The notes under the pieces were generated by a model. The model ran no database searches. It saw only the letters and a program-made list of their open reading frames with translations, and was not told the origin of the DNA. From assembly GCF_006345805.1 (NCBI RefSeq), contig NC_043007.1, forward strand, positions 72,354,001 to 72,418,000: a stretch of 64,000 bases of DNA, written 5' to 3'. The translations under genes were made by a program, and so were the position numbers. Within the stretch, counting starts at the first letter, position 1. The number at the start of each line of letters is the position of its first letter. Of this stretch, positions 40,731 through 54,429 are shown piece after piece. Source of the stretch: Octopus sinensis (taxonomy: Eukaryota).

Positions 40731-41954
40731 CTCTACGATATTCCATTCAAGATACCAACAGTCTTCCTGATTAGAGCGCATTTTATACTTTTCATTGTTA
40801 TTTTGTCTTCTGTCGTGATGGATGTTTTCATGAATCTTTCAATAAAAATTTTAGCCTCATTTTTACTATCATTTCTTCATTTTCTCACCCACGCTATTCT
40901 AATACTGTTGTTTTATTAGATGCTGCAGATTTTTCAGTATAATTCTTTTCTTGGTAGTTCTTTATATTTCTCTTGTAGAACTTTCTCCTATCGTTGTCTT
41001 TCGCTCTACAGAACATACAAATACAAACAGACTATCAAAATAGTCTGTTTGCATTTGTATACTAACGGCCATTTTTCATTGTCTTGCCTATAAAGTCTTT
41101 CTATAGATTTTCTCTTATTCTTATAGCCCTTTTGCTTATTCCTTCTGTAATCTCTATTATCTTCCTTTTTTAGCCATTGACTTAAAGATAGACTCTATCT
41201 TCATTCTTATTCATTGTGAATCACTGTGAGTCTTCCTTATACAGTTGCTTTATTTTTAAAAATTCATTCTGTAGTTTCCGTCTTTATTCGTTGTAAAACT
41301 TCTGTTTTTACCTTTTTAATTGTATATGAATAATTTGTCTTTTTACAGTCTAGATCTCTAATCTTGTACAACTGTCTATAGTCTCCTTTGCTCTTTGTAT
41401 CATCCTTAACTTTATTTCCTCCACACCTGTCTTTTCTAGCTTCATTCTTCGTGTGATATCGATATTTATTTATTGCATACTCCATTTTCGTTCCTTCTAT
41501 AGAACCTTCGTCTTTAAATAGTGTATGTTCTTATTCTTCCTAACCTAGTCTTATAACATCCAGTTTTTATCCTTTGTGTGGTCTCCATATAACCTGTAGT
41601 TTGATTTCTACATTCCGTCTCCTTATTGATTCTATTGTCCCCCTCCTTGTTTCTTTCTTGACTCACTATTTTTAGTCTTGCAATAATCTTAAAGGCTATC
41701 TTCAGCTTTGCTGTAGACTTTATATTCTTAATCTTGTTATAGACACTTATTCTCTGTTTCTAAACTCTAATGTTTATAACTCAAAACTTTTTTCTAAATT
41801 CCTCATAAACCTATTTCTTTTCTATTATTTTATTTTTTTTTTACCATTACCTTTTTTATCTTTTCATTACATATTTTAAAAGTTTATTGTTATATTAGTT
41901 TTATGATTTTTAGAAAAAAATATTGATTAAAATGTTGATTTTTGCGATTACTTT

Positions 41955-42225
41955 TTACTCTTTTACTCTATTACTTGTTTCAGTCATTTGACTGTGGCCA
42001 TGCTGGAGCACTGCCTTTAGTCGAGCAAATAGACCCTAGGACTTATTCTTTGTAAGCTTAGTACTTATTATATCGGTCTCTTTTGCCGAACCGCTAAGTG
42101 ACGGGGACGTAAACACACCAGCATCGATTGTCAAGCGATGTTGGGGGACAAACACAGACACACACTTATATACACACATACATACATACTATATACATAT
42201 ATATATATATACATATATATTATAT

Positions 42226-42305
<80 letters not shown>

Positions 42306-42468
42306 ATATATACGACGGGCTTCTTCCAGTTTCCGTCCTTAAAATCCACTGACAAGGCTTTGGTCGGCCCGAGGCTATAGTAAAAGACACTTGCCCAAGG
42401 TGTCATGCAGTGGGACTGAACCCGGAACCTTGTGGTTTGTAATCAAGCTACTTACCAAACAGCCACTC
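41955..42468 (-). mobile_element. SINE A with expanded internal (AT)n
   Basis: Both modules match the consensus. Confidence 0.9.
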
Positions 42469-42499
42469 TGAATTTTTATTTCGTATTTCACATATACAT

Positions 42500-42880
42500 A
42501 CATCGAATGTGATACTACTCCCACAACGGCTGCGCATGTCGATCCAGCACATAAAAATCACCAAGAGGAGAGGTGACAATACGCTCCCCTGCTGAAGTCC
42601 AACACCTACTTCGAAAGGTTCCGACTTCACTCGAACACAAAGATCTAGACATTCGTATAGGGACTTCAAAGCAACGAAAAGTTGCCCATTAATCCATGAT
42701 TCTTGCAAAATTTCTACATGTCCTGTGGCACGCGGTCATGTCCCTGTTTGAGGTCTACAAAGCAACCGTACACCTCTTGGCGCAATTTTTCACGATTCTT
42801 CAAAGACTTGCCGTAGAGCGAATATCGATCGGCTGATGCTATTTGGCTCATCAGAAGATGATCCCTAACATGCACCGAAT
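42500..42880 (-). pseudogene. RTE-type LINE reverse transcriptase fragment
   Basis: LKSLYE...SEPFEVGVGLQQGSVLSPLLLVIFM contains the RT QG..LSPLLF motif. CFVDLKQG.DRVP lies upstream in another frame. Confidence 0.75.
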
Positions 42881-44403
42881 GGGTTCCATGCAAAATGTGG
42901 TGACAAAACTTGTCTAAATACTGAAAGCTTAGATAATGAAGAAAATCGTGTTAGGAACTGATTTCATGGGATTTACCATTTGGCACCACATTAAAATCTT
43001 AATTTATAATTAAATAGAAACCATTCGAGTGCGTTTCGCTAAAGTGGAAACTTTTGTAGAAGATACATGGCGATAACATACTTTATCATGATACTGACAT
43101 AGTCCTCCTCCTTCTCCTTCTCCTCCTCTTCCTCCTCCTCCTCCACATCCTTCTCTTCCTTCTCCTTTGTTCTTCACCTTTCTAAAGTTGATACAGTACG
43201 TCAAGTATACTGGGAGACAAATCAAATATATCTCTGCCTTAAAAAAATGTGTTACCGTGTGCTGAAGTTAGAGATTGGAGTTGTTTTCCCTATCCTCAAC
43301 TACATCATCATCATCATCATCATCATCATCATGAACAGCAGCAGCAGTGACGTACCTTTGTATTCAATCAACATAGAATATTTTCAAGTGTAATTTTCCA
43401 TAAAATAACAATTTTCTCGAACGAATCTTCCCTTTATCTTCTGCCTAATTATTCCCTCGTTTCCTTGTAACAAGTCTCTCTTTATTTCCAAATACATTGA
43501 AGCAAAAGATTAGAAATTAAGCGTCCAATCTTCCTCGTTATTCTTATATTTACGGGGGGCTTCTTTGTATTGAAGCTTAGCGTCTAATGATAGCCACGTG
43601 ACTACCGTGGTAATAATAGACGAAACGGTTTTCAATTTGACAAAAAGGTGTCACACTGATTTCAATGAATTCATTCTTCTTCTCACTCAAGTTGCACAAT
43701 ACCAAAAAGCGTTGATTGGAACGTTTTGGTCGAGGCCACGAAATATGGTTTCTGTTTACGACAGAACACCTGCTTGACTCGACTAATGACCACGGCTTCA
43801 GCAAATCTATTCTTGATAACACCGCTAAACTGAAATATTATCAGTCGCTTTGTAAACGTTGCTAATGAGGGACGGGGCGGGTAGTCGACGATATGAAAGT
43901 CTTCGCTATCATTGCCATGCTATGTATAAGTATATATCTTATTTAGACAACGCGTCTGTTATTTGATACCTCGTGGTCATGGGCATCTCTCAATGGGGGA
44001 TCAAATCTATTAACTCATAAACAAGATCCGTAGGACTGTAATGTCTTTTTTTAATGGAAATATCCATAAAGAACTCGGTAATAAAAGATAAGGAATTAGA
44101 CGTTATTGTGAACTGTAGGGCCGCTGCGTAGAAGGGCAAACCACTACAGATTGTGATGCCTGTTTATGACTATGTACGTTAGGCCATTAAGAAATACTCA
44201 TCGTACATTCAGCAAACTTTAGTGTTCATATGATGCACTGAGTTATTTGAATCTTAAATCTCGATGACAGATTACAAACTCAACTCCTGCTATTAGAGGG
44301 AATCTTTATATCCGTATGAGTTAGAGGTTAATAAACCATCTGAGGGTACTACTGGATGTGTACCTACGTATTTTTAACCAAGTGCTTACTATTGCATGGC
44401 AAT

Positions 44404-44455
<52 letters not shown>

Positions 44456-45021
44456 TAATTGCGTTATATATACATCTATATATATATATATTTACGGAAG
44501 TGTACTCGTATAGCAAGTGATTTGATCTGAGATCGTGTGCTGGAACGAAAACAATTGCAGCGTGGAAGGTGTTTGTAAGCCATTTAAGAAACACACAAAA
44601 GCCGTTCGATTCACTTCAACGCTACAATTATATATATATTATATATATATATATATAAGGTATATATATATATATCGACCGGCTAATTCGTACATTACAA
44701 ATGCAATCTGTGAGTGAAACAGTAAAAATATGCAAGACTTTTCTCAAGTTCCAAATGTGATATTGCTTGTGTTAACTATATCACAAAAATGGAGCCTTGA
44801 AACTGGCTCCCTCCTCAGTGGAAGATTTATAATAATTAAGAAATAAAAGAGACATACATACATACATACATACATACATACATACATACATACATACATA
44901 CATACATACATACATACATACATACATACATACATACGTGCATGTATACATACGTGCATGCATACATAAATACAAATATTCATGCATATATGCATATACA
45001 CATGTATGCGTATCTATCTGT

Positions 45022-45255
45022 CTTATTTCTGTATTGCCCACAAGGGGCTAAACATAGAGGGGACAAACAAGGACAGACAAACGGATTAAGTCGATTACAT
45101 CGACCCCAGTACGCAACTGGTACTTAATTTATCGACCCCGAAAGGACGAAAGGCAAAGTCGACCTCGGCGGAATTTGAACTTAGAACGTAACGGCAGACG
45201 AAATACTGCTAAGCATTTCGCTCGGTGTGCTAGCGATTCTGCCAGCTCGCCGCCT
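45022..45255 (-). mobile_element. SINE B
   Basis: Full unit flanked by tgcgtatctatct direct repeats. Confidence 0.9.
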
Positions 45256-45260
45256 GTGCG

Positions 45261-45295
<35 letters not shown>

Positions 45296-45296
45296 A

Positions 45297-45345
<49 letters not shown>

Positions 45346-45799
45346 GCCTGTCTGTCTGTCTGTCTGTCTGTGTATATTTTTATTCAGACACGCACATACA
45401 CACACATACACACATATATTGATGGATAGCAACATCAATTAAATTGAATTATAGTCTCCTTCACAAATTGACCCTTACACACGGCAGAATATTTGTCTAG
45501 ACGTTCTCTGTTTAGTCACATGACTTATCCATACCCAGTCATGACAAAATGGCTGGGCATAATTGTTTGCGAATATACTAATACAACTGACATTATCTTT
45601 TCAATATTGTTAATATTATTATCTAGGTCACGAACTCCACTATAGACTATTGTCAGTCGTCGTTGTTGTCACTATCACCATCACCACCACTGAAATCATC
45701 ATCATCATCGCCATCTTCATTATTACTGTTGTCCAAACTGGGACAAAATACCTTAAAAACCGGATTAATGAAGTGATTCTTACCACATATGCCTATATT

Positions 45800-46150
45800 T
45801 TCCTTACTCTTTTACTCCTTTACTTGTTTCAGTCATTTGACTGCGGCCATGCTGGAGCACCGCCTTTTTAATCGGGCAACTCGACCCTGAGACTTATTCT
45901 TTTGTAAGCCCAGTACTTATTCTATCGGTCTCTTTTGCCGAACCCCTAAGTAACGGGGACATAAACACACCAACATCGGTTGTCAAGCAATGCTAGGGGG
46001 ACAAACACAGACACACAAACACACACACGCATATATATATATATACATATATACTACGGGCTTCTTTCAGTTTCCGTCTACCAAATCCACTCACAAGGCT
46101 TTGGTCGACCCGAGGCTATAGTAGAAGACACTTGCCCAAGGTGCCACGCA
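45800..46150 (-). mobile_element. SINE A, head truncated
   Basis: Match to the reverse complement of the consensus. Confidence 0.88.
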
Positions 46151-46785
46151 GTTATTGTATTTATTCGTTTATTTGATTTTGGGCCGACGAATGTAAACCC
46201 TATTGTTGTTTCCATTGTTATTTTATTGTCATCGATGTTGTCATTATCGAGGTGGTATTATTACAGCAGCAGCAGCAACAACAGCAACAACGACGACGAC
46301 CATTTTGTGACGATTTCGATGTGAAAATCATTGAGAAGACTGACTCATTTCAGCCTTAGTCAAGTAGTTGTTCACTATAAAAGGTATGTTTACGTTTGTC
46401 ACGAAATTTGTGTCAGCTGTTTTGTTTTTTTTTTTGGGGGGGGGGGGTTAAAGAAAAAATGCATGAATGCGAGCTTTCTTGGCAAAGAATCCCAACTTGT
46501 TTAACTAGAGATATCTGATAACATGTAATAGAGAATCGGTTTGGAGAATACGAACGCTTTAGTCGTCGTTGCATAGTTCGAATTACCAGTGTAAGTTTTC
46601 TCTCCGGCACAATAACAATACAGGTGCAATAACAACGACAACAACAACAACTACAACTACAACACAAGCGTTGACCCAAGCAAAGCTAGTCTGTCACATT
46701 TCGCTTGAGGTCTCCTTCTACAGGAACTTCAACAGAAAATTGATATGTCAAAAGGTGCACGTTAAGAAATTGTGCTGGGAAGCGT

Positions 46786-46849
<64 letters not shown>

Positions 46850-46850
<1 letters not shown>

Positions 46851-48160
46851 TTCTTTTATTTGCCTCAAGGGCGAAGAATGAAGGGGACAAGACACAAAGG
46901 GAACAGACACAAAGTGTTGGAGATTACAGATGATAAAATGACAAATTTTTTTAAAGTATATACGGTGTACATTAAAAGAAGGGAAGTTTACATATACGGT
47001 ACTAGAAAGGAAAAAATTAGTGATGGAGCCCTCCCGATAAGGAGGACCTCTAGGGATAATCGAGGAGCCCCACCATCCAAAATCATCCTGAATACCAAGG
47101 AGGAGTGCCCTCTCCAACTTCTTTCCTCCGACTCACAGGACTACACTGAGAGTGGTACCATCCACACTTGCCATTTTCGTAACTTTCACCCACGTTTTGA
47201 TAAATTTACTTGAGGACAGCATCTCCCCTCCCCCTCACCTTTTCAAGTGAAACTTGAAACAGTCGAAGAGGGAGTATTCTGCTCTCATTCCTTTCAGCCT
47301 CGTCCACCAGACAACCTCTTGCGCCACAGTCACCAGGCAAAAGAAAACTGCCTTGCCTGCCCGATTAAAGTAGGACGGCGAGGCAATAATCATCATTATG
47401 GACTCGGCTGACAGATGGATCCATCCCACACGCGACAGCGGCCTTTCGAAATAACTCCACAAGTCAGCAATGCTCGAACACTGAACGGTTGCATGTAGAA
47501 CATCTGCAAGCGCCTTGGACAAGCCCGTATGACGGCACATCTGTGCCTATAGAGCTTATCTCAGATCGGTAGCGCACCCCGGTAGCACTACCAGGCCAAA
47601 GACATAGGGAAATTATCCATAACAGTCACCGACTGGAATGTCCTCCGGAATAGACTTGCCAGTTCGTCTTCGTCGACGCTTAAGGTTTCCTCGAGGACGC
47701 CGTCGCACTTCCCGCTTCTAATTCTCTGTATATAGCTAAAGCGGAACATCTACCGATCCTATTGCCCGGCTTGTAGAGGACAGAAAGGGCCTGGTGACAT
47801 TCTAGGACTTTACCCAGGACTGCTGCTTCGTCAAGGAGACGAGCTGCGAAAAGGCGTGCCTCACAAACGGAGCCCACATATATTCACCTTCTAGAAATCG
47901 TTGCAGGTGGCGCTACCTGAATACGTTTCTGCGCATCAAAAGCCATTACATGCCCACGCCGCCACGCAGAGGGAGTTGGCAGCAGACTGACCGCCTGACC
48001 ATTGGAACTTGTCCCTTCCACAAGAAAATAAACAGTATAAACATGGAGCCACCACAACAGGCCATCCAGATCATATCTAGATAGAGTATTTGTAAGGTCA
48101 GCGGATTGAGATAGAATAGGGTGCAAACAATTCAAATTGGTTGGCTACACAGACCACAAA
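46850..48160 (-). mobile_element. Tx1/L1-clade LINE 3' part (ORF2 C-terminus, 3' UTR) with (ATT)n tail at 46790-46849
   Basis: Frame pieces ADLWSYFERPLSRVGWIHLSAESIMM...VVWWTRLKG match the L1/Tx1 ORF2 C-terminal region. The 3' end reads cccttgaggcaaataaaagaa(att)n. Confidence 0.75.
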
Positions 48161-48162
48161 TT

Positions 48163-48734
48163 TGTGATCTGCATAGTCGGTTTAGATAGGATTCGTAGAC
48201 AGGGACCCGTTGCTGGAAGTTGAACGCACCCTTTCCAGCACACAAAGACTAGAGAGACCGATTAGCAAACTAGAGTTAAGCAGTAGTTGACAGGGACTGT
48301 CGTCAACAACTGGTGGTGAATCGTCCAGAAGAGAATGACTAAAGCAGAATAGATAGCGTTTAGCAAAGAGTTAGCAATAGAATGAAATAGATTAGGAGAA
48401 CTAGTTATCAAACTAGAAGAGGCGATTAGAAAAGACGATTAAGGTAGCGAGCTGGCAGAAACGTTAGCACGCCGGGCGAAACGCTTAGCGGTATTTCGTC
48501 TGCCGTTACGTTCTGAGTTCAAATCCCGCCGAGGTCGACTTTGCCTTTCATCCTTTCGGGGTCGATAAATTAAGTACCAGTTACGCGCTGGGGTTGATGT
48601 GATAGACTTAATCCGTTTGTCTGTCCTTGTTTGTCTCCTCTGTGTGTAGCCCTTGTGGGCAGTAAAGAAATAAGAAGAGACGATTAGTAAAGGCATCGTG
48701 ACTGATGTATTAATGGCGAGAATGGCTCTTTACA
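48163..48734. mobile_element. Solo LTR-like element (TGT...ACA) containing a SINE B (48441-48672)
   Basis: Termini tgtgat...tttaca, and the terminal 80 bp recur at 54251-54330. The SINE has a ~13-bp TSD agaa(a/g)agacgatt. Confidence 0.55.
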
Positions 48735-48736
48735 GT

Positions 48737-49642
48737 TTCTTTGAAGCGAAACACGAAGGTTGCGTTGTTAGAGTTAAGTCCTGCGTGCTAAAACAAGAGG
48801 GAACTAAAGCCGTCTGATGGACCCGAACGGTGGAGATGCGATGTGGCAACAAAACCACGATCGGGTCTTTGACGGATCGGGACGGGCACATACTACAGGG
48901 TTCTGAGCAGATGTGTGCGGCTTTTCAGAAGCACTTCGCGCAGCTGTTTGGGGGAGGGTGATGGGTCAACTACGGTACTGGACTTTAGTTCATACCTAGA
49001 CGGACTGCCGCAGCTCTCGACAGCGGACGCGAGGTTCTGGAAAAAGCCGATAACGGTCACTGAAAAAGAGAAGGGCGATGAGCGATTGCACAAGTCGCAA
49101 ATTGCCAGGTTTAGATGGTCTGTTCCATAAATTCTGTATTCATGCCAGGTTTGCTTGTCGACTTCTTGGCAGACGTCTACCGCTACTGGCAACAGAACGG
49201 GAGAATTCCTAGTGCTGTTAGTCGAGATGTAGTGACACTGCTGAAGAAGAACGCTGGCAGTGGGGACATACAAGGGAATTTTCGGCCCATAACTCTACTA
49301 AACACAGAGTTTAAGATTTTGGCCAAGGTGTTAGCGAAAAGGTTGGCGCTTGTCGTTAGTAGTCTAGTAGGGAAAACACAAACGCGCGCAAACCCGAACA
49401 GGTTTATCTACGACAACTTCCACCTTATGCGATATATCATAGAGAGGGCTAGGACTAAAGCTGGCTTTGGTGAGGCCTTGATCAATTTACATCAATCGAA
49501 AGCATTCGATATGGTTGACCATCGCTATTTGGAAGCCGTCCTTAAAGCGGCCGGTTTTGCATCCGTTTTCAGAAGCTGGATCGTTGCAATGCACAGCAGC
49601 ACCTGCTCGGTGGTCAAAGTAAACGGCTATCTATCGGAACCG
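48737..49642 (+). pseudogene. Tx1/L1-clade ORF2 fragment (linker and RT N-half)
   Basis: NFRPITLLNTEFKILAKVLAKRL, QSKAFDMVDHRYL, VKVNGYLSEP, with stops and frameshifts. Confidence 0.9.
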
Positions 49643-49643
49643 T

Positions 49644-50875
49644 CTAGATAAGTGTGCAATATTAGCCATGGGAGGGAACTGGTAGTCAATAGGGAAAGCA
49701 CCTAATTACCAGGTGGGCAGACATTAAAATAATTGACAGAAGAGAGTTATAAGTATCCAGGGGTATTAGAATCTAACAGAGTACTAACTATAGAAATGAA
49801 AACGTAAATTGAGAAGGAGTACATCAGAAGGGTGAGGTAGCTAATGAAGTCAAAACTAAATGGTCCGAATCTAGTGAAGCCGGTAAATACTTAGGCAGTA
49901 TCATTACTTAGGAACTCAGCAGCTTTTGTAGATTGGAAAAAAATAATAAATTAGCAAAGTTAAATAGAAGAACTAGGAAGGAATTCAATATGAATGGAGG
50001 ACTCTACCCAAGGGCAGGAGTAGTAAGATTATACCTACCTAGAAAGGATGGTAAAAGAGGGTTAATTTCAGTAGAAGACTACGTGGAGTTAGCTTGAGTA
50101 GATATAAACTCCTGTGTAGGTAATAGTGCTAGAGTCACAGTAAGACATAGAGAAACAAAAAACCCAAACGAAGTTAAAAACCAGAAAAAAGAAGAGAGAT
50201 TGTTTGACTGGCAGGAGAAGGCGTTGCATGGTAGATTCTCAAAGACAGTGGCAGCAAATAGTAGTAGTGACACATGGCTATAGTTGCAGAAAGGAAAGCT
50301 GAAAAGGAAGACAGAAAGTTTGTTAGTAGCTGCACAACACCAAGCATTAAGGAATAAGTGGATAAAAGCCAAGATAGACAAAACCCAAGGAGATTCCTAA
50401 TGTAGGTTATGCAAATCAAAAGAGGAAAGCGTTACTCATATAGTAAGTGAATGTAGCATGCTGGCAGAGAAAAAAAAAGACATGACAATCTAGGAAGAGC
50501 AATCCACTAGGAGCTATGTAGAAAGCTAGGATTTGAACATACTGATAAATGGTAGGAACATGAATCTAGTAAAGTACTAGAAAGTAAGAAATGCAAAATG
50601 TTGTGGGACTTCATTAAGACTGACAGAGTAATAGAAGCTAGAATGCCTGATCTAGTAGTAGTAGATACAGAAAAGAGAAAGTACCAGTTAATTGAGTTTA
50701 CAGTCTCAAATGATAAAAAAAATCATATGAGACGTACAGAAACAATAGCAGAGTACCAGGACTTAACTATTGAATTACAGAGACTATGGAAAGTGCGGGT
50801 AAAATGTATCCCAGTTGGTGCATTGAGAACTATCCCTAAATATCTGAAAAGATGGATAATAAACCCGAGAAATGA
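49644..50875 (+). pseudogene. R4/Dong-clade LINE fragment 1 (post-RT, CCHC finger, restriction-like endonuclease)
   Basis: LDKCA...YKY.GVLE...RLYLPRKDGKRGL...CRLCKSKEESVTHIVSEC...LWDFIKTD...PDLVVVD. Confidence 0.85.
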
Positions 50876-50877
50876 AT

Positions 50878-51538
50878 AAGTGTCTTCACTGTGCAGTATC
50901 TGCAATAGAGTGGATGAAACCACTGCCCATATCGCGAACAAATGCCCTAGACTTGCCCAAAACCACTACAGTTTGTGGCGACACGACCAGGTAGCGAAAT
51001 TGCTACACTGGAAACTGTGCAGAAAGCGGAGAGAAGCAAAACGTGGTATGAGAAAAAACCGGAGAGTGGTGGAGTCGGAGACTAGCAAAATCCTCTGGGA
51101 CTTCCTAATCCAAACAGGTCAGGGGCTAGAGCATAACAGACCTGACCTAGTGGTGGTGGACAGAGAGCTCTCCATATGCTATATAGTTGATGTTGCATGC
51201 CTCTTTGACCAACAGATAGTCAAGAAGGAAGGCGAAAGGATAAATACAACCCAGTGAAGTACGAAATAGCCTTGCTACGGAAATGAAGAAGGTGAAAATA
51301 GTGCCAATTATTATTGGGTTCTTGGGAACAGTATCAGAAGGTTTAAGGGGAATATAAAGGAAATTAGAATAGTGTGCCCAGTAGAACTGTTACCAGAGGT
51401 TTGCCTCCTTGGCACGGCCAGAATAATCAGGAAAGTATTAGCGGAAAAGAACGAATAGTACGATACCATAGGCTGCATGTAGTAAGCCCGCTATGCATGC
51501 AAGACTCCAGGAACTCCAACAAAATCTTTAATAAAGAG
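50878..51538 (+). pseudogene. R4/Dong-clade LINE 3' fragment 2 with (AAT)n tail to ~51622
   Basis: CSICNRVDETTAHIANKC...RHDQVA...ILWDF...NRPDLVVVD...LLGTARIIRKVL. Confidence 0.88.
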
Positions 51539-51589
<51 letters not shown>

Positions 51590-51627
51590 TAATAATAATA
51601 ATATAATAATAATAATAGTAATAATGT

Positions 51628-52014
51628 GTAATAGAACACCGTCGGCTCGATATTATCATATTGAATAAGAGAGACAAATACTGTCAGATCATTGATGTAG
51701 CCATACCAAACGACATGAATATTGAGTAAAGAGGTTGAAAAAGTTACCAAGTACTCCGAATTGAAAGTGGAAGTGGCAAGACCGTATGGAATGTGAGAGG
51801 GTAATGTAAAAGTGATACCAGTGGTGATCGAAGCGTTGGGCTCAATCCCATTGAAACTTCAAGACTTCCTAAGGCAACTGGAAATCCCATGCAAAAAGCA
51901 GCCTCATTGTGGACAACGTACATCTTAAAGAAAATATTATCTGTCTGAGGTCCTTGTTGTGACTTGACAGATGATTAAAGACTCCGGTGCTTTTTTATCT
52001 ACATTGTTAGGAAG

Positions 52015-52016
<2 letters not shown>
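51628..52016 (+). pseudogene. R4/Dong-clade LINE 3' fragment 3 with (AAT)n tail to ~52127
   Basis: QIIDVAIPND...KY.ELKVEV...VIPVVIEALG. Its 3' UTR gtccttgttgtgacttgaca is shared with ~61320. Confidence 0.8.
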
Positions 52017-52109
<93 letters not shown>

Positions 52110-52566
52110 GTAATAATAATAATAATAGTTGTTGTTGTTGTGATGAAAGTTACGACGCTCCCTTGCGAGAAATAGACTGGTTTGAGTAAACTATGAATAG
52201 TAACGATCCGAGTGGGTTCAGGGTTCGGAGTCGAGTGAAGTTCGTGTTAGCTCACAGTGATGTCGGAAGGTTTCGGTTGGTTAGTTCACAAGGAATATTG
52301 ATTGATGTTTCGCAAAGAAACTTGTTAGTTCGTTACGTTGGTTATCTTATTTATTGTACGTAACAAATTATGTTACAACATGTGGCGACGAGGTTTTCGA
52401 AGCTCGCGTAGGTTATTTAACAATTTGCTTGTGATACTTTTTTAAATAATGGATGTCCTATTAGTTTCCACAGCACAGTTGCAAGAGCAGCAACAGGAGT
52501 TACAGAAGCAACTATTACAGCAACAACTACAACATTAATAATTATTGGAGCTATAAACAAAGAAGT

Positions 52567-52840
52567 GTGGAGGCGCAGCGGACTCGCGGTCGTAGGATCG
52601 CGGTTTCGATTCCCAGACCGGGCGTTGTGAGTGTTTATTGAGCGAAAACACCTAAAAGCTCCACAACGCTCCGGCAGGGGGTGGTGATCCCTGCTGTAAT
52701 CTTTCACCACTCTTTCTTCTGTTGGCCAGTTCGCTTAGCCAGCGGGGTGGCGTCATTCAAAGGCTAAAACAATGCGAACGCATTGTGACCAGCGATGTGT
52801 AACAACATCTGATGGTCTGGTCGGTCACGAAAAAAAATAT
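52567..52840 (+). mobile_element. tRNA-derived SINE (family D) inserted in gag
   Basis: Head gtggaggcgc...ggtttcgattccc, A-rich end, and 10-bp TSD acaaagaagt (52557-52566, 52841-52850). Confidence 0.85.
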
Positions 52841-53120
52841 ACAAAGAAGTACAAAAGTGAGCTAAGTTCATTTTCGTCAGACGCCGTTTCGAACTCGATT
52901 TGTGAATTCCGTTATAATCCAGAGGAGGGTATAACTTTTTGCATCGTACTAAGCTACGAAGACATTTTTAAGCAAGATTGGAAGTCATGGTCGAACGAAC
53001 AAAAAGTGAGATTTTTATTGCGAAAATTATCTCTGTTAGAGCATGAACATTACTGTAATTTCATATTGCCACAGAAAAAAAAATCCAAAGAAATTTGTTT
53101 TAAAGAACCAATAGAATAGG

Positions 53121-53530
53121 TGCAGGAGTTGCTGTGTGGTAAGTAGCTTGTTTACCAGCCACATGGTTCTGGGTTCAGTCCCACTGCGTGGCATCTTGGG
53201 CAAGTGTCTTCTGCTATAGCCCCGGGACGACCAATGCCTTGTGAGTGGATTTGGTAGACGGAAACTGAAAGAAGCCTGTCGTATATATGTATATATTTAT
53301 GTGTGTGTATGTGTTTCTGTGTCTGTGTTTGTCTCCCTAGCATTGCTTGACAACCGATGCTGGTGTGTTTACGTCCCCGTCACTTAGCGGTTCGGCAAAA
53401 GAGACCGATAGAATAAGTACTGGGCTAACAAAGAATAAGTCCCGGGGTCGATTTCCTCGACTAAAGGCGCTGCTCCAGCATGGCCGCAGTAAAATGACTG
53501 AAACAAGTAAAAGAGAGTGAAAGAGTAAAG
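53121..53530 (+). mobile_element. SINE A, full length, inserted in gag
   Basis: Complete A structure with (AGAGTAAA)n tail. Confidence 0.92.
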
Positions 53531-54429
53531 AGTAATTGCTGTTGAACATAGTCAGTGATAAAACTTTTCTATTTAACACTCGAATGGTGTGATGGAATAT
53601 AACGAAAAAACAGAATGATGATTTTATCATATACCCAGAAACAGTCAGCATGATGTGAGAAAGTTTTTAACTCAAAGAACTTACACCTGAGATGTTCATG
53701 GGTCTTATTTTCGTACAAAGCCTTACAGCAAGTGAAGATACAGGAATTCGGGCAAGAATTCTTTCTAAATTGAAACAAGCGAACCAAGATCTAACCTTAC
53801 AGTCCGTGGCAGAATATTGCCAAAGGATGGTAAACCTGAAACACGATGTAGAAAAAGTTCAAGAAAATGATTCCTCAAAAATACAGGTATGCCGACAGGA
53901 ATCGTACAACCAAAAAGAGCACCACGTCCTAATCCATATTATGGGTGTGGGGGCATATATTTAAGAAAAGACTGTCCATTTAAAAATCAAGAATGTTACA
54001 TTTGAAAAAGAATGGGTCACAAGAGTTCAACGTTGCAGAACAAAATTACGGTGGTTAAACATTAAAAAGCCTAGAGTACTCTCAGCAGAAACAAAAATTG
54101 ACTCTCAAATAAAAAAATTCGTACACGTAAAAATAAATAGAATATATATGAAACTTCAATTGAATACTGGAAGTGATATTTCAATAATAAATATGAACAC
54201 ATGGAAGAAGATAGAGAAACCTATGTTGAGAAATACAGCGAAGTCTGCTCGTAGAACTAGTTAGCAAACTAGAGGAGGCGATTAGTAAAGGCATCGTGAT
54301 TGACGTGTTAACGGAGAGAATGGTTCTACAAAATTTTATATTTTACTAATTTATATATACTATGAATCATTTGATATTTAATATTATTATATAATTTGTA
54401 TGCAATACTATAATAATATTATAAATTCA

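Larger units (their letters stand above)
52139..54250 (+). mobile_element. Gypsy LTR retrotransposon 5' part: LTR 52139-52380, PBS TGGCGACGAGG 52383-52393, decayed gag and protease
   Basis: TG...CA LTR followed by a PBS. Gag motifs YEDIF...KVRFLLRKL...EHEHYCNFILP and GLIFVQSL...IRARILSKL...LTLQSVAE, degenerate zinc knuckles, and protease-like LQLNTGSDISII. Interrupted by two SINEs. Confidence 0.85.

Noticed and set aside
41060-41930. Strand-biased purine-rich (minus) tract as a LINE ORF
   Set aside because: It looks like a decayed retroelement, but I could read no diagnostic motif.
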